The notes under the pieces: generated by a model
What the model saw: only the letters and a program-made list of their open reading frames with translations
Databases searched by the model: none
Told to the model about the DNA's origin: nothing
NCBI GenBank assembly: GCA_028023455.1
Contig: JAQFVV010000002.1
Location: 13,020,001 to 13,084,000 of the forward strand
DNA length: 64,000 nucleotides
DNA from: Epiperipatus broadwayi
Taxonomy: Eukaryota > Animalia > Onychophora
Reading direction: 5' to 3'
Part shown: positions 28,031 through 41,957 of the stretch, in pieces
Position numbering within the stretch: position 1 is the first letter of the stretch
Layout of the letters: every line of letters begins with the position of its first letter
Made by a program: the position numbers and the translations under genes

Positions 28031-28224
28031 TCTATATTTTATACACATTTTTGACAATAGTCCTTATAAATTCAGTCTTTATTTTAATTAACCTTCTTGT
28101 GCATCAATGCTTGTAGGCAACTGAAATGATTTCTAATTACAAATGATTTGTACTGCAATTAATTTGTACTTTTATAATATATATAAACATTAAAAGCATA
28201 AAGCTAAACTATTCAATAAATAAT

Positions 28225-28425
28225 CAAAATTTTCCCAAATCCAAAACTCAAACAAACTACTCAAGAAAATAAACTCTACAACACAACCAATAACAATGTT
28301 GTTGTTTGTAATTCTTTACACTTGAGAAGTCTGCTTGTAACTTGTAGCAGTGAAACCATTGGTTGTGTTGTAGATTTTATTTTCTTGGCTAGTTTTTTTG
28401 AGTTTTGGATTTGGGATAATTTTCA
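28225..28425. mobile_element. Family F fold-back with variant hammerhead motif (28318-28368); second diverged copy at about 41130-41300
   Basis: Arms at about 28228-28291 and 28359-28423. ACAC TTGAGAA GTCTGC..GCAGT GAAA CCATTGG TT GTGT. Shared TTGAGAAGTCT..GTA/GCAGT.AAACCATTGGTTGTG at 41194-41232. Confidence 0.62.
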
Positions 28426-29610
28426 TAATATATATACAATGAGCATGCTAATAACTCCTTTATAGTACAAGCTTAATAAGTTAAGTGGCGTGATATATGA
28501 TTTGATTTTCTTAATATATATATATGCTCATTATAAAATGTAACAATAATAATAAATACTAAAAACTTTCATATTAAAATTAATTCATTTTTATTTATTA
28601 TTTTCCATTAGATTGTTGCTAATTATTCTATAGTAATAACCAAAAAAAAGTTTTTATTGTTCATTATGTTAAAAGATACCTTTCAAGCTCTGTCTATGAT
28701 AATTATTGTAAAGAACATTAATTTTAACTGTAATACCTTCTGTATATTGCATGTTTAATCAATTAAGACTGCTACTTTATTCCCTAAACTTTTTCAGCTT
28801 TTCTAACTCAGGTATAAGCGGTAAATATAGTTATAATTTTTTTTGTATGGTAAATGTATTTTTTCATCTCATTTTTTGTTCAGTAGCATGCATACATTTC
28901 AAACTGCAGCAAACTAAAAAGAAATGTACTGCACAATCTTCACCTGCCACTTGATATTTCAAATCTCTATTTTAATTGGGTTTCAGAATTACCACTTTCT
29001 TAGAATTAGTTTTAAAATAAATATTTAACAATTTTTTTTTTTTGTGATTTTTCAAAGCAGTAACCACTGATCAAATATTACAAATATAAAGTGCATACTC
29101 TATTCATTCTCTGCACTTGGTAAAGCTCAAAGATCACAATACTCTCTCTCTCGTTAAATTAAAAGGCTGATTATTTACTAATTTATAAATCATTAATCAC
29201 CAATGATGCTGAGAAAATTGTTATCTATATTTTTGGAGATTCAAGATAAAGTTTGATGTAATATAAGGTGGAAACTTTCAATGTATAAATAATTTTTTTA
29301 TTGATTCAAAATACATTATAAAAAAGATATTTTTGTTGAGATTAATAGACTAAACAGATGAAGGTTTTAAGAGGATCTAATTTTTTCTGATATATAAACT
29401 CACAATCATACTATATATAGCAATCCTTTGTTGAAACATCTGCCTATCTTTGGTAAAAATGTATTCCAAATTTAAAATCAATAGTGCTGACTAATTTGCC
29501 TTTTTAAAAAAAAAATTAAATTCTGTTCTTTCTAATATAGTGTTTATTATGGAATCAAATATTGATAGGTTAATTATTAAGAAAAAATAATATTCACAAA
29601 ATCCATAATT

Positions 29611-29843
29611 AATATTTATTAAGACTGTAACCTCAGGAATATGCGTCTGAAAAATGTGAAGGTAGGGACCTCTAGATGTCTTAACCACAAACTTACACCT
29701 TGGAAGAACCCCTTCCAAGGTGTAAGCTTGTGGTTAAGACCTGTAGAGGTCCCTACCTTCGCATTTTTCAGACACATATTCCTGAGGTTACAGCCTTAGT
29801 AAATATTACTTAGTATAATAATGTGTGTTTAAAATAAATTTAT
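29611..29843. mobile_element. Near-perfect 197-bp palindrome plus 36-bp extension, with 13-bp TSD
   Basis: Arms 29611-29706 and 29712-29807 with a 5-nt loop. Direct repeat AAAATCCATAATT at 29598-29610 and 29844-29856. Confidence 0.8.
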
Positions 29844-31509
29844 AAAATCCATAATTGTAATATTATATATGTGTTTGCATGAACACTTTTAGATGGGAGA
29901 CTCTAAACATACATTAAGAAAAATAATCCAAGAAAATGAAATATTATATAAGAAGTTGTAGGACTTTGGTAACATAAAAAAAAAGAATCAAGTTAGTTTT
30001 TGCAGAATATGTTGTTAATTGCAATGACCACTTTTGCTTTTAGTATGTTTCTTTCACATGTTGAAAATAATTTGAGGAAAAAAATCAAAAAGGCTTAATT
30101 TAGACAACTAAATAAAAATATACATAAATTGTGAAAAAATAGCCAAGTATATATTTAAATTATATCATTTTGTAAATCAATTATAAATATACATTTAATT
30201 TGCATGATATAATGCAAATGCAGATGGCACATATGCTGTAGGCTTACCATAGTTAATATTTATTTAAATATTGTAATAATGTTGTTTTAAATATGATAAG
30301 ATTAAATCTTTCATTTTATATATATACAGTGGAGTCTCAAATTACAGTATTTTGTCCCAATCTTCCTCACATTCAATGTATATAGCTTATAGTAGCTCAT
30401 GCTTTATTGATTAACATTGATTTGAATAAAATAAATATTGTTTATTGAACTGCAAGTGTACAGCCATGCATATATATAATACAGATGCTTTTTATATATA
30501 TGCTATGCATATAAATCAAAATTATAGTATAAACATTTTTAAAATAATAATAATATAATTATTATTAATAAATTGAGAGATACATTTGTATTTTAGTGAG
30601 TGTATGTTCACTTATGAATTCATTTAAGCAATAAGAAAATAAGACAAAAAACTAATGTATTTTTATTTTTAAAATAAAGTAAATAGTAAATTTTCTGACT
30701 TTTGTTTTATTAAATACACTCTGGGTGGTATTTTTTTCTCTAATAACTCCTTTCTTTTATGGAAATGTAATAGAATAGTCTCTTTATCAAAGAATTATGA
30801 TCCTTTTAATTTTAATGTTTTTAAATCAATATTAACTTTAATATGTTCTAAAATTTTGTAAAACTTTTAGCACTGTGTTCAGAAAATATATTATTACACA
30901 AAATACTGCACATTAAATTTGAAAAAGTTAATAAAGGAAAAATAAAATGTACTTTCTTTCAACATAAACTGAAGAAATTGTATTTATAAAATCATGTATG
31001 GTGCTCAGAGAATGAAAAATGGCAACCGAATATCATAAAATATGTGAATTTTATTGTTGTTGTTTTTTTTTTGATTATTTACACTTTTATTTATTTGATT
31101 ACATTTTTATTTGGACAGCATATAAGTGAAGTTGTGTTGTTAAATACAGTATAATTTGTGGCTTCACTGTACATTAAAAATATATTTAAAATTTTCACTT
31201 CATTGCATTTTCTTGAAATATATGTTATTTAACAAAAAAAAAAAAAATGCTATTTTTGGCAGTTATTTATTGCATTCTTTAATTTAATACATATATTGTT
31301 GAGAAAATTTACAAAACACTGTATATAATGACATATAGATTTTTATAAAAAAAAATTAATACAACTTCTTATCTCCCTCTTTTTATTATGTAACTATTAT
31401 GTACATTGTACAGCAATAATATATATATATATAATAATTAATAAAGCAAGTCATATATAACATGACATTCTTTTATGACTTAATTAAAAACATAATTTAA
31501 CACCATCAT

Positions 31510-31670
31510 TATGAATATTTAAAATTCTATCCAGAACACTCATCTCCAGACCATGTTGTCCCACGCAGTGGAGGCAAGGTCTAGTGTCCGAATATTCTAG
31601 CTCCCACTGACGCATAAGCCCAAACCATGGTCTGGAGATAGTTTCTATAGAATTTAAATATTTCTCATAA
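31510..31670. repeat. Family H fold-back with decayed hammerhead-like motif
   Basis: Arms 31510-31555 and 31626-31670. CCCA CTGACG CATAAGCCC AAA CCATGG TC TGGAG at 31603-31637. Confidence 0.55.
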
Positions 31671-32322
31671 CCCACTTTTATTCGATTGTTAATATTACTT
31701 ATGTAATTTATAACAGTGTTCTTATGCACATAGAACCATACTTACAAGCTAAAAGTAATGTTTTGTTTTTCTATTTATTTGTAGTTCACGTTATTAATTA
31801 TCATTAATATAGATTCATAATATATATATACACTTTATAATCACATATATATGTGTATATGGGATATATACAAATGAAATGTGCTTAAACACAGCTTTAA
31901 GTATACAAAACATTAAACAAATCTATACACATGAACACATTATATATTTCTTTATAGATGTTTAAATATATAAATACTTTTTTCTTTATATTTATTGTAA
32001 TGCATAGTAACATTGTTATATATATACATTAATGTTGATTGCTATATAACGTACTTAATCGTTGTATGAGAAGAGGGAAAATAAAAAAGGGGTTTGTATT
32101 TAGCAAAAGAAAGAAAAATCTAGCTATTGCAATGTGTAAAGATCTATAATTTTTTTAAATATATGTGCTACACTAAAAAATATAATAAATTGTTATCAAA
32201 TGAAGCTTTTTTGGTTTTAAAAAATACAATATTTGTATAGAATCTTTTTCAATTTTCCATTTAATATCGAGTGTGTGTGTATACACACAACTGTAATAAA
32301 TACTTTTTGTTTTGTTTTTTAG

Positions 32323-32408
32323 GTAGTTTTCAGCAGCTCAGTACAAATTTCTAAATCCTTTGGCTATACATTTTTAGAACCCTGGTTAGGTACTGGACTT
32401 TTAACAAG
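32323..32408 (+). CDS. CYP4: Cytochrome P450 CYP4-clan internal exon (86 nt): VVFSSSVQISKSFGYTFLEPWLGTGLLT(S)
   Basis: Polypyrimidine tract plus AG at 32321-32322 and GT donor at 32409. Translation contains the CYP4 signature FLEPWLGxGLLT. Starts in phase 0 and ends in phase 2 (AG), which joins the C at 59718 to give Ser. Not in the ORF track because it is too short. Confidence 0.93.
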
Positions 32409-34324
32409 GTAATTCCAATAATATAATACATTTTTTATTACTTCAGATATTTATATTCTGAAATTACATAAAAATTTCATTATAATCTTTATATATTTCA
32501 TTTCTTTCATATATATTACTTTTTGTGTGTGTAAGATAATAAACAATGCATAAAGTATTTTTATTATTTAATGAAATAAAAATAGAAATAAGCAAATATG
32601 ATAAAAAGTTAAACTATAATATTAAATGCATTAATATGGATGATTATCTATTTATTCATTTACATAATTATGATTTGATTGAACAATTTTGTTACATATT
32701 CTTTATTATAAAATGTAAAGATAAAGACAAGAATAACTGTAAATGAAAAAATGATATAAATTGAGTTTATGCTTTAAACATGCACAAAAATAAACAGACA
32801 TATACTGCTTTATCCTGTACACTGAGCTCAGTTGTTGATTTTTTTTCTACCAATTTTAAATCCATGTTTTATCCAAATGAATTTCCTTCATTAAATACTT
32901 GATATAAAGTTGAATAAGTGATATGATAATATGAAGTAAGCTATAACATAATTTAACTGTGTCGAGATTTTTCATAAAATTAATGTTGTATAATTACCCC
33001 ATTTTCTTAAATATATGTCATACATTGGTATAATAAGTAGATCTTTTTCTGTTATTTTCTTATCTGTTTCTATTATCTAACTTACATCAACACTGATGTC
33101 ACTGCTATTTTCTTGATCTTTTCTGAAACTGAAACTGTGCTATCACTTTATATCAAGTCAAAGAATTATTTTTTTTCAATGCAATTATATCTTTATCTAA
33201 ACAATATTTATTTAGCAACTCATTTTAAACTAATATTATATAAAACAGAAAATAGACAATATTTTATCTTATATCTTTATTTCTACATTAGCCTTGCATA
33301 ATTTAATGTAATGATGAAAAGTAAGTCCCTGGATCAATTCCAGTTTTGAGATTTTTGGTACTGGAACCATTTAAGAATTATCTAGCAATAAATCCATCTG
33401 ATTATTATTATTTTATTTCTACATTTCATGGGGGGGGGGGTTCCTAATAAATATTTTTCACAATATACCCTTTTTTTTCTTTAAATTATTCAATAAATTA
33501 ATCATATTCACCTTATCAATGATTTTTCAATGTCACTAAAAAATTATCTTATTATTTATTATACAAATGCATGATTCTTAATTTCGAATATTATATATTA
33601 TAATGGATTGAAAAATAAGTAATTTATAAATTCAAATAAAATATATCAAGTTCAAATAAAATGTTTAAACTCAAATTAAGTATATTCAAATACAACCCAC
33701 ACTCTGATCATGATGATCAAAATAATCATAGTATTGAAGGTTAAAAATAGTGATTCTAAAGTATTTTAATTTTTTTGTTTAGATTCAATTTAAAATTGAT
33801 CTTTTAGGTATCAGTCAATCTCTTTTAAATAGAAAGATTACTTCTGGATATTTTATTATCACGATCATCATTATTTTAATGTACTTCCATCATCCATGCA
33901 TGTCCCCCAGTATGTTTCATGGATTTTCATAGTTAGTTTATGTTTAAAAAGCAAAAGTGGACCAAATTGGTTAATAAAAAATAACAATTTATTTACACTA
34001 AATAAATAAAATATGAGGTTAGTTCTTACACATTCATGACTACCACAAGTTCTAATTTAAATTTATTACGTTTCTGAAGATTAGGAATATCAACTGTAAA
34101 TATTATTTTTTCTAATAATTTTTGTCTCTCTAGTTTTGCATTAATATGTATCTTGCATCGTACTAATTAATAATTACTTCCTGTGTTGAATTCATTAAGA
34201 ACATTACAATCTTGAAATATGTAATTTCTCTTAGTCAAAATATAATCCAATTCTGCTACACCTTCATTTGAATGTTTGGATGTCCATTTCCTTTTAGTGT
34301 TTTTTTTTTTTTTTTCAAAAAAAG

Positions 34325-34990
34325 AATTCATAATATAAGTTTCTCTTTTTCTGTAAATTTCACAAGTCTATGTCATCTCTCATTTCTATTACCATAACCC
34401 AATTTACCTATAGCACTTTTATTTTTCAACTGTTTGCCAATTCTAGCATTGAGTCTTCCATAACAATTTTAAAATGTTGTTTGATCTGATTGTACATTTC
34501 TATAAAAATCTTCTACTACATCATCACTATGAGAACTTGTTGAGGCATAAACCTGAATTAGCTGCATTAGGTATTTGCTATTAAGTTGGATAACTAATCC
34601 TGTCACTCTTTCTGATACACCATCAATCTTCACAATGTTGTTTTTCCACTTTTTATTTATAATAAGTCCTACTTCACTTGTACTTGTAATATTTGTGCCT
34701 TTGTAGTAGAGTGTGTGTCCATTTTTTTAAATCAATTGTTTCTTCTTTTCTTTTAACTTCACAAAATCTAATAATGTCCCATTTAATATTAGATAATTCT
34801 TCATCCAATTCTTGCAATCTTCCTTCACTTGAAATTGATCTGCAGTTGTAAGTACCTAAATAAAAGGTTATCACCAAATGGCAGCCTGGATTTGCAATTA
34901 TGGTATTCTTAGCACCCTTCACCTTTAGTCACCAATCATTGCCTTGGCTGGTAACTTTACAGCCTCCTGGGAATAAGGGCCATGATTTAT
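34325..34990 (-). mobile_element. RTE-clade LINE 5' fragment (APE endonuclease N-terminus), decayed
   Basis: GTYNCRSI, IKWDIIRFCEVKR, VGLIINK, SERV, IQVYASTS, GNRNER motifs across frameshifts. Confidence 0.82.
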
Positions 34991-36185
34991 TTTTGTCTGT
35001 CATGATTGTAAATATCTATTAGAAATTTTTTTTCCCATTCACACACATTCATTCTGCCTTCATAATTGGTGTTTCAGTTAAGAGCTATCATGAAACTGAG
35101 GAGAAAGTCTTTGGTGTTTCTTGATCTTAAACTCAAAGGTAAAAAGCCAATAAATTCACTATGCTGGTTAATGCATGTTGGTGAGCAGCCATCCATGTTA
35201 GTATACTATATGAATAATCACATAGTAAAAACAGCTGTCATGACAAGAACATATGGAAGGGACATGCAGAATTTCCACTGCTTGGTTCCTTTAAGGGCTC
35301 CAAGAGAAATCAAAGGGTCTCCTTTCAGTTAACAGCAAACTCCTTTCTGCAGCCAATATATATATATATATATATATTCAACAAAATGAATTATCATAAA
35401 AAATTATTATAAAAAATTGGAGGAAGCTTCAAATTCAAAAAGTAAAAGATGCCCAAGAAATTAAAATTGGGCTAAGTTTGTTTATATTCAATTAATTTTT
35501 AGTTTAAATTATTTAATTAAAAAAGCCAAAAATTTTTATATTAAAATTATTTTTTAAAAATTCAAAATATATAGTTCCCTTCAACTCATTTTGCAGCCAT
35601 CAGCATATGACTATAATACTTACTGGATATAAACAATAATAATAATCAAATGTTTTTATTGCTCATGCGTTTATAGGAAGTGTGAAGGCCAAAAGTACCA
35701 GAACTGGAATCAATCTGTAAACTTCAGAGTCTACACTCATCATTGCCATGAACCACATAGATATGAGCATAATCAATTGTAATGCTTTGTAAATCTGCCA
35801 TTAAGATGCAAAGGATAATTTAAACCTACAGAATTCTAAATTGATGTTATTTTAATATCTTGGTTCACAACTTTAGAAATGTATATATTTATAACTTTAA
35901 TATAAAGGCTGTGCATGCATGTCTTAATGACATGAAAAGCTCATTAATGTTCATGGTACAACTTTAAACTTAAATTGCTAGAATGAATTAGCTGAAAAGA
36001 TAAAGTGTTATCACATAATGTCAACCTCTGTAACCAAATTAATTATCCTAAAATTTCAAAGGAAGAGTATAGTATTAGCATATCTACATGGCAATTGAGG
36101 TCTTTGTTTGAATGCTGTTTAAGAGTAAAAGGCGGAACCTCATTAGAAAAAATCCACGAGGATGGATTGCCTTATGAATTCGCTA

Positions 36186-36301
36186 ATTTTTTTTTATATA
36201 TGTCATAGCATTGGCCGGGAGACGAACCCCAACAACCGTCTACAACCAACTGCTTGCTTGCAAGGCGGCTGCGCTGACCTCTCGGCTAACAACGCTTTAC
36301 A
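36186..36301 (-). mobile_element. tRNA-Gly-derived SINE-like copy
   Basis: Close relative of the 13.1-kb copy (same variable-arm insertion), GGTTCGTCTCC B-box-like motif, ends ATGCTATGACA plus A9. Confidence 0.75.
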
Positions 36302-37054
36302 TTTTTGTTTACGCCTAATAATTCACAAACTATAGAACATATATATAACGAAATGAATTAGAAAGATATTTTTAGTGATAGAAGCAATTATTTATATATA
36401 TATTATCATTTGCTTAATCTTTTTATTGACAGCATCAACTCAATTACGGTGTATTTTTGATCACTGAACATTTTATTATTACTATTTTAATTAAACCTGT
36501 TTTCTCTAGTTTCCTTAATTTTATTAGTAACATGTTCATCTTATTTTTTATTTCATCTTTTTTTATTATTATTATTTTAATAGCTTAAAGCAAAGTTTCC
36601 ACTCCCTACTTTGAAAAACATATATAAATTATAGTAGTTAATTTTTAAAAAATCACAAACTTTTGTCTTCTCAGACGAATTTTAATTAGATAAAAAATTT
36701 TGCTTGAAGATTTTTTAGCCCAATTAAACAAAATATATTTTGTTTGTTTTTATTTCATGCTATAAATTATTTTTAAATACTCATTTTAATATTTTTTTAA
36801 GATTTTTAATCAATAGTCGTGTAAATATTAATTCTAATGTTAACTAATTATTTTTTTCGCCTTCGCTAAAATGATTTTCCATTCTCAATTTAAAAAAGAA
36901 ATGTAATTATGAAATTTTTAATTAAAATACGAAAGTGCTGTTAATTCTAGTAGCTTTAATATTTTATTAATTATTTTGAATGTAATAGATGCCAATTACA
37001 ACTAATATTTAAATACATGTATATTGTCTATACTAAACTTAATGTAATTATAAT

Positions 37055-37635
37055 AGACTTGAATTCAGACTTTCAAACTCCCTACAGCTATCCAGTCCAT
37101 CTTATACAACTATACACATGACCACATACATGTGAAAAAGATAAATGATCTCCAATATATGTATTTCATGCTGAACCAGCACTCATCAGTTTGTTCAGAT
37201 CACCATCTCCCATATATATGTACAATCAGTGCTCGGTTTATATTAAGATAGTAAATCTTCAAACTTTAATGTATAAGTTTCAATATTCTCCACCTCTTCA
37301 ACCATCCAGATCATTGAAAATCTGATGATCAACAAGGGCTTTGAGCATTCCATCCTTGGATTGTCAATGATATGGATGTCTGAAGTGTTGGAGAAGAGAG
37401 AAGATTGAAACTTGTCTATTAAAGTTTGAAGATTTGCTATCTTAATATAAACTGAACAGTGATTGTATATATGTGTTGGAGATGATTTGGACCAACTGAT
37501 GAGTGCTGGTTCAGCACAAAAAACATATATTGGAGATCATTTATTTTTTTCACATGTAAGTGGTCATGTATATCAGTTATGTAAGATGGATTGGATAGTT
37601 CTAGGGAGTTTGAAAGTCTGAATTCAAATCCCTTT
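37055..37635. mobile_element. Large family A fold-back (about 270-bp arms)
   Basis: TTGAATTCAGACTTTCAAACTCCCTA ... TAGGGAGTTTGAAAGTCTGAATTCAA. HHR motifs at 37151-37194 (minus, core intact) and 37491-37534 (plus, GAAA changed to AAAA). Confidence 0.88.
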
Positions 37636-38289
37636 TCAGTTAAGTATATTAAAATTTTAAATTAATATGGTACTTTCAGATCATTTTTTCTTATTAATAT
37701 AAAATTATTTTATGAAGTTAGAATATAAAAAATTAAATTGAGAGAGTGCAAACTTCTCAAGCGCTTGTGACTGTTAGTAACCAATCAGATCTTAAGCACT
37801 GGGACAAGGAATTTTACAAGAAAAGAGTGGTTCCACTCTCTTCTTTACTTGTCTTTCTATAAATCCAAGCCAGTCCAAAGTACTTAGAATATAGTAAAAA
37901 TGAAACTCATTCGTCTATTAACCCATTCTTTCAAAAAATGGTGACATTAAATCCTAACAACTTAATCAATATAAAATTCTATTTAAGAGACAGAAAGAAG
38001 AAAACTATATATATATATATATATATATATAAGAATAAGTCAAAAATTATTTATACCCTGGTTACTTTCCATATGAGATTGTTGTCTCCCCAATAACTGC
38101 AATGCATTTTTAAATATGTTATATAAGTTCAAATGCAAATATAGTGTGAGAAACAATGGCTGCCCACAGAAGATCAGAATGCAGTGATTCATTTTTTGTG
38201 GTCTGGAGTGCCAATATTTATCTAAGACTTTGTCTACAGTGTAAAGAAAATATTTTGTTATAAAAAAAATATGTATGAATGGATAAAAG

Positions 38290-39260
38290 AAGTTCAAGAA
38301 AAGTCACACAAGTGTTAGCCATGAAAAAGGAACCACACACCTGTCTACATTCACGACCAAAAACAACAATTGAGTGTTTATATGAATTGATTTTGTTGGA
38401 TAGGCAATTAATAATTTATTATGATTAATTATTAGGCAAGACATTTACAAATCATGTTACAATTCATAAGAAGCTTGGTTTTGAAAGTTTTGTGTGATGG
38501 ATACTGAAAACTCTCAGAAGAGCCCAAAAACCAGCATTTGGACATCTGCAAACAAAATTTAGACTGATACTTTAAGGAAGGTAAAAGCTTCTTAAAAGAA
38601 TCATTAATGGTGATGAAACATAGATTCATCACTACAAGTTTGATAGTAAACAGCAGAATGTGAAATGGAAACACTTAAATCATTGTCCAAGAAAAAGTTT
38701 TAAAATCAGCCATTGACTGGAAAATTAATGTTTACAATTTTTCTGGGATTTTTAAGAAACAGTATTGTAACAGCATCAGAAAAAGGTCAACAATCAAAGT
38801 TCTCATTATATAATGATATGCTCACTAAAGAGCTGAAATTTAAAATTCATAAAAAACATAGAGGATTTCTATCTAAGGATATTATGTTGCATGAAAAAGC
38901 ATATATTTGCAATGCTTCCCACAATGTTGACACTTTCTAAAATTTTAGTTTTGAAGTGTGAGAGCATCCTCCCTATAGTCCTAATTTTGTCCCATCAGAC
39001 TATCATTTATTCACTACCCTGAAAGAAGTGCTACATGAATAAAGATTCAAATCTCATAAATAGGTGAAGATAATGACACATTATTTGCAGCTCAGCCTAA
39101 AACATTTTTAATGAAAGAGTACAAAATCTTGTTAACAGATGGGTAAAGTGTATTGAAAGCAGGAATATTATGTCAAAAAATGATGTATTGGTCTTTTCTG
39201 AAAGTTGATTAAAATAAACTCTACAACTAAAGTGTGGATAATTTTTTAATCATCTTCATA
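38290..39260 (+). mobile_element. Decayed mariner (Tc1/mariner) transposase
   Basis: IINGDETxIHHY, GKLMFTIF(W)D, HPPYSPNFVPSDYHLF (YSPDLAPSD-like) and RWVKCIE across stops and frameshifts. Left TIR not found. Confidence 0.85.
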
Positions 39261-40304
39261 AATACAGTCGTTAACATTCCTCCAAGTTTATAATCATTTG
39301 TTTGTAAGACTTCATGTGGTCATTTGAAATTCATGATTAACATTGAATTATATATATAATATTATATGTTGAATTAAATATTTCCATGGATTGTTATAAT
39401 AAAAAACAGAAATGAGATTATATCCATGTAAACAGAGATAATTTGTAACTTTTCATATTCCCAAGAAACTATCAATTACTACTAATTGACAATCCCTGGG
39501 GCTAAACAAGTTTTCCCATTAACTTTTAATAATTCTTTTGTTGGAGTTTTACTTCAACAAAAAACTCCAACATAAAAGCTACTATAGGTTAAAGATAAAA
39601 AAAATTAGCCTCATGGATTGTCAATTCATAATAATTATTAGTTTCTGGAGACAAAAGCTACAAGTTATATCTATTTACATTGATATAATCTCCTTATTAT
39701 AATATATGTATATACATAAACCAATAGCAAAAATAATTGACCAAAATAGTATAATATAGTTGTGAAAAAAACAGTTTAGAAGTAAATTGAGAGAACACAT
39801 ATTCATATGTCTGTGGGATGGAATACATTTGTGAATATATTCAATTTTTTCCCTCATGCACATACAAAAAAAATATTTTAAATTTTGTTACATAAAAAAG
39901 AAATGTATCCTATGATTTTTAGGCTACTATTTATTTAGCATAATTATATATTTATTGAATGATTTTTTTTTTTAAATAAAATAAGCACTGGTCACAGCAT
40001 TTGTAAATTTATAAATTAAAAATTATACACTTTAAAATATCAACAAAATAATTAATCAAAAAAAAAAGGGGGGGGTAATATAACTATGTAAAAGATAATG
40101 CAGTAATAAACTGAGAAAGAAAGCATATTCAGAATGTGTTTAATAATTTGTTATGATTTTTCCTAAGTCATTAATAATTAGAATTATATGTGTAGTTCTT
40201 GAACAATTTTTTAAACTAAAGTAAGCATTGATTAGAGCATTTGTGAATTAAGTATATCTAGCTATTTAATTTTAAAATTAAATGTACTATTACCAAAATA
40301 ATTG

Positions 40305-40471
40305 TGCAAAAATAGAATTATGTAGTTATGAAAAACAGGAGAATAGTAAATAGCGAGAGCAAATGTACATATGTACTCAAAATTTGTATAATTGAGTGCA
40401 TGCATGAATACATTTGCTCTCTCTATTTACTATTCTCCTGTTTTTCTTAACTACATAATTCTTTTTTTGCA
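40305..40471. repeat. Fold-back palindrome (about 65-bp arms)
   Basis: TAGAATTATGTAGTT..AAAAACAGGAGAATAGTAAATAG / CTATTTACTATTCTCCTGTTTTT..AACTACATAATTCT. Confidence 0.75.
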
Positions 40472-41957
40472 AATTAAAGTATCTCATGTTGTTTTCCCAT
40501 CTAAATCAATTTTTTTATCACGTAGAATTGCTATTATTATTGACTTTATATTTTAAAGTCTTTTAAATTAAATTTTTATTTAATAATTCTCTCTAAGTCA
40601 TATGGCAAGTGTAAATATTGTAACATTTTCAATGCGATCATGACTATGAGATTGGGTGCACATTGAATGCATGAGATACAAAAATAGTGGAGAGGGACAG
40701 GGAGATACATATGAAAAATTTATCAATTAGTATTTACAAGTTTCTAAAGTTTAAATTTTTCAATCAATATTTTTTCAGAATTGCCATACTGAAACTATAG
40801 ATATTGAGACCACAACTGTTGTTTAAATGTTTTGGGTATTAATTTTACAAAAACGCCATTTAAAAATATTAAAGATGTCAATTTTTATACATGCTTATAT
40901 ATTGAGTTTTCTATCTGAAGATAGATAAAATTACTAGGCAGTAGAGTATCGGAATTAAAAGATAACAATTGATTATTGTCAGTGGTAATTTCCTATTCTT
41001 GATTCCTTCTTAATATTATTTATTAGAGCATACCAATTTATACATATAAAAATCTATATAAATTTAATTGTGTTAGAATAAATTACTATTGCTTGCCACT
41101 TTTTTAACATAATTTGTATTATCATTTCAATATATAAAGCTAAAGCCTAAACTAGTTAATAAAATAAACAAATTACACCAAATTTAATGCTATTTGAGAA
41201 GTCTAATTTGGTAGTAAAACCATTGGTTGTGGGAAGTTTATAATTTTAATTTTAGTTAGTTTTACTAATTCTGAATTTGGTTACATTTGTTTATATATAT
41301 ATAATAAGGGGACACTACTCCACTATCATTGTTGGTGGCCAACTTTCTAGAGCTTATAGAAAAACATTTATTTCTAACACTTCTTTCCACACAATATGTA
41401 TAGGACATTTTTAAAATTCCAACAGTATTAAATAAAATTGGAAAAGAATGACATTAAATGCATACATACAGGATTTAAAATTCACCCAATTTAATGCATT
41501 ATATAAAATCACATGATTTTTTGCAAAACTTCTTAAGGGAAAACATGTATTTCTAAGTTCTGTATCTGAAAGCAGATTATTTATTGCCAGAGAAAATAAA
41601 GATTGCAAAAACGCATTAATAAAGAATAAATTAATTTTCAACTACAATCTAATATATTATATAAAATCATCATGTATGTTAAACATTTAAATAAATCTGC
41701 ATTAACTATTTTATAAAATATAATTTTATTCTTTTTTCTTTAACATATATTCAATTAGGCTGGAACAAGTTTATTGTTAAATATAAATAATTATTAATAC
41801 CTTTTCAGAATATTGCATTTTTATTATTACAGATTATCTGTTACTGTAAGATTTTTGACAACAGTTTGTTGTTTTTCTAAGGATTCACTAGATCAGAGAA
41901 ATTTGCATCCAGGATTTTTAATAAACTACATCACTTGGTTCTATTTTCATTTCACTT

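Noticed and set aside
1-32322. Upstream CYP4 exons, and the next exon after 59908
   Set aside because: No AG-bounded frame with a WxGP-like or ETAMG-like sequence was found by eye. Candidates at about 6860, 7711, 10547 and 26900 hit stops or lack similarity.
35066-35332. 88-aa ORF with SLVFLDLKL resembling the PLE RT motif LPFLD
   Set aside because: A single short motif with no supporting neighbours. Cannot be supported without a profile search.
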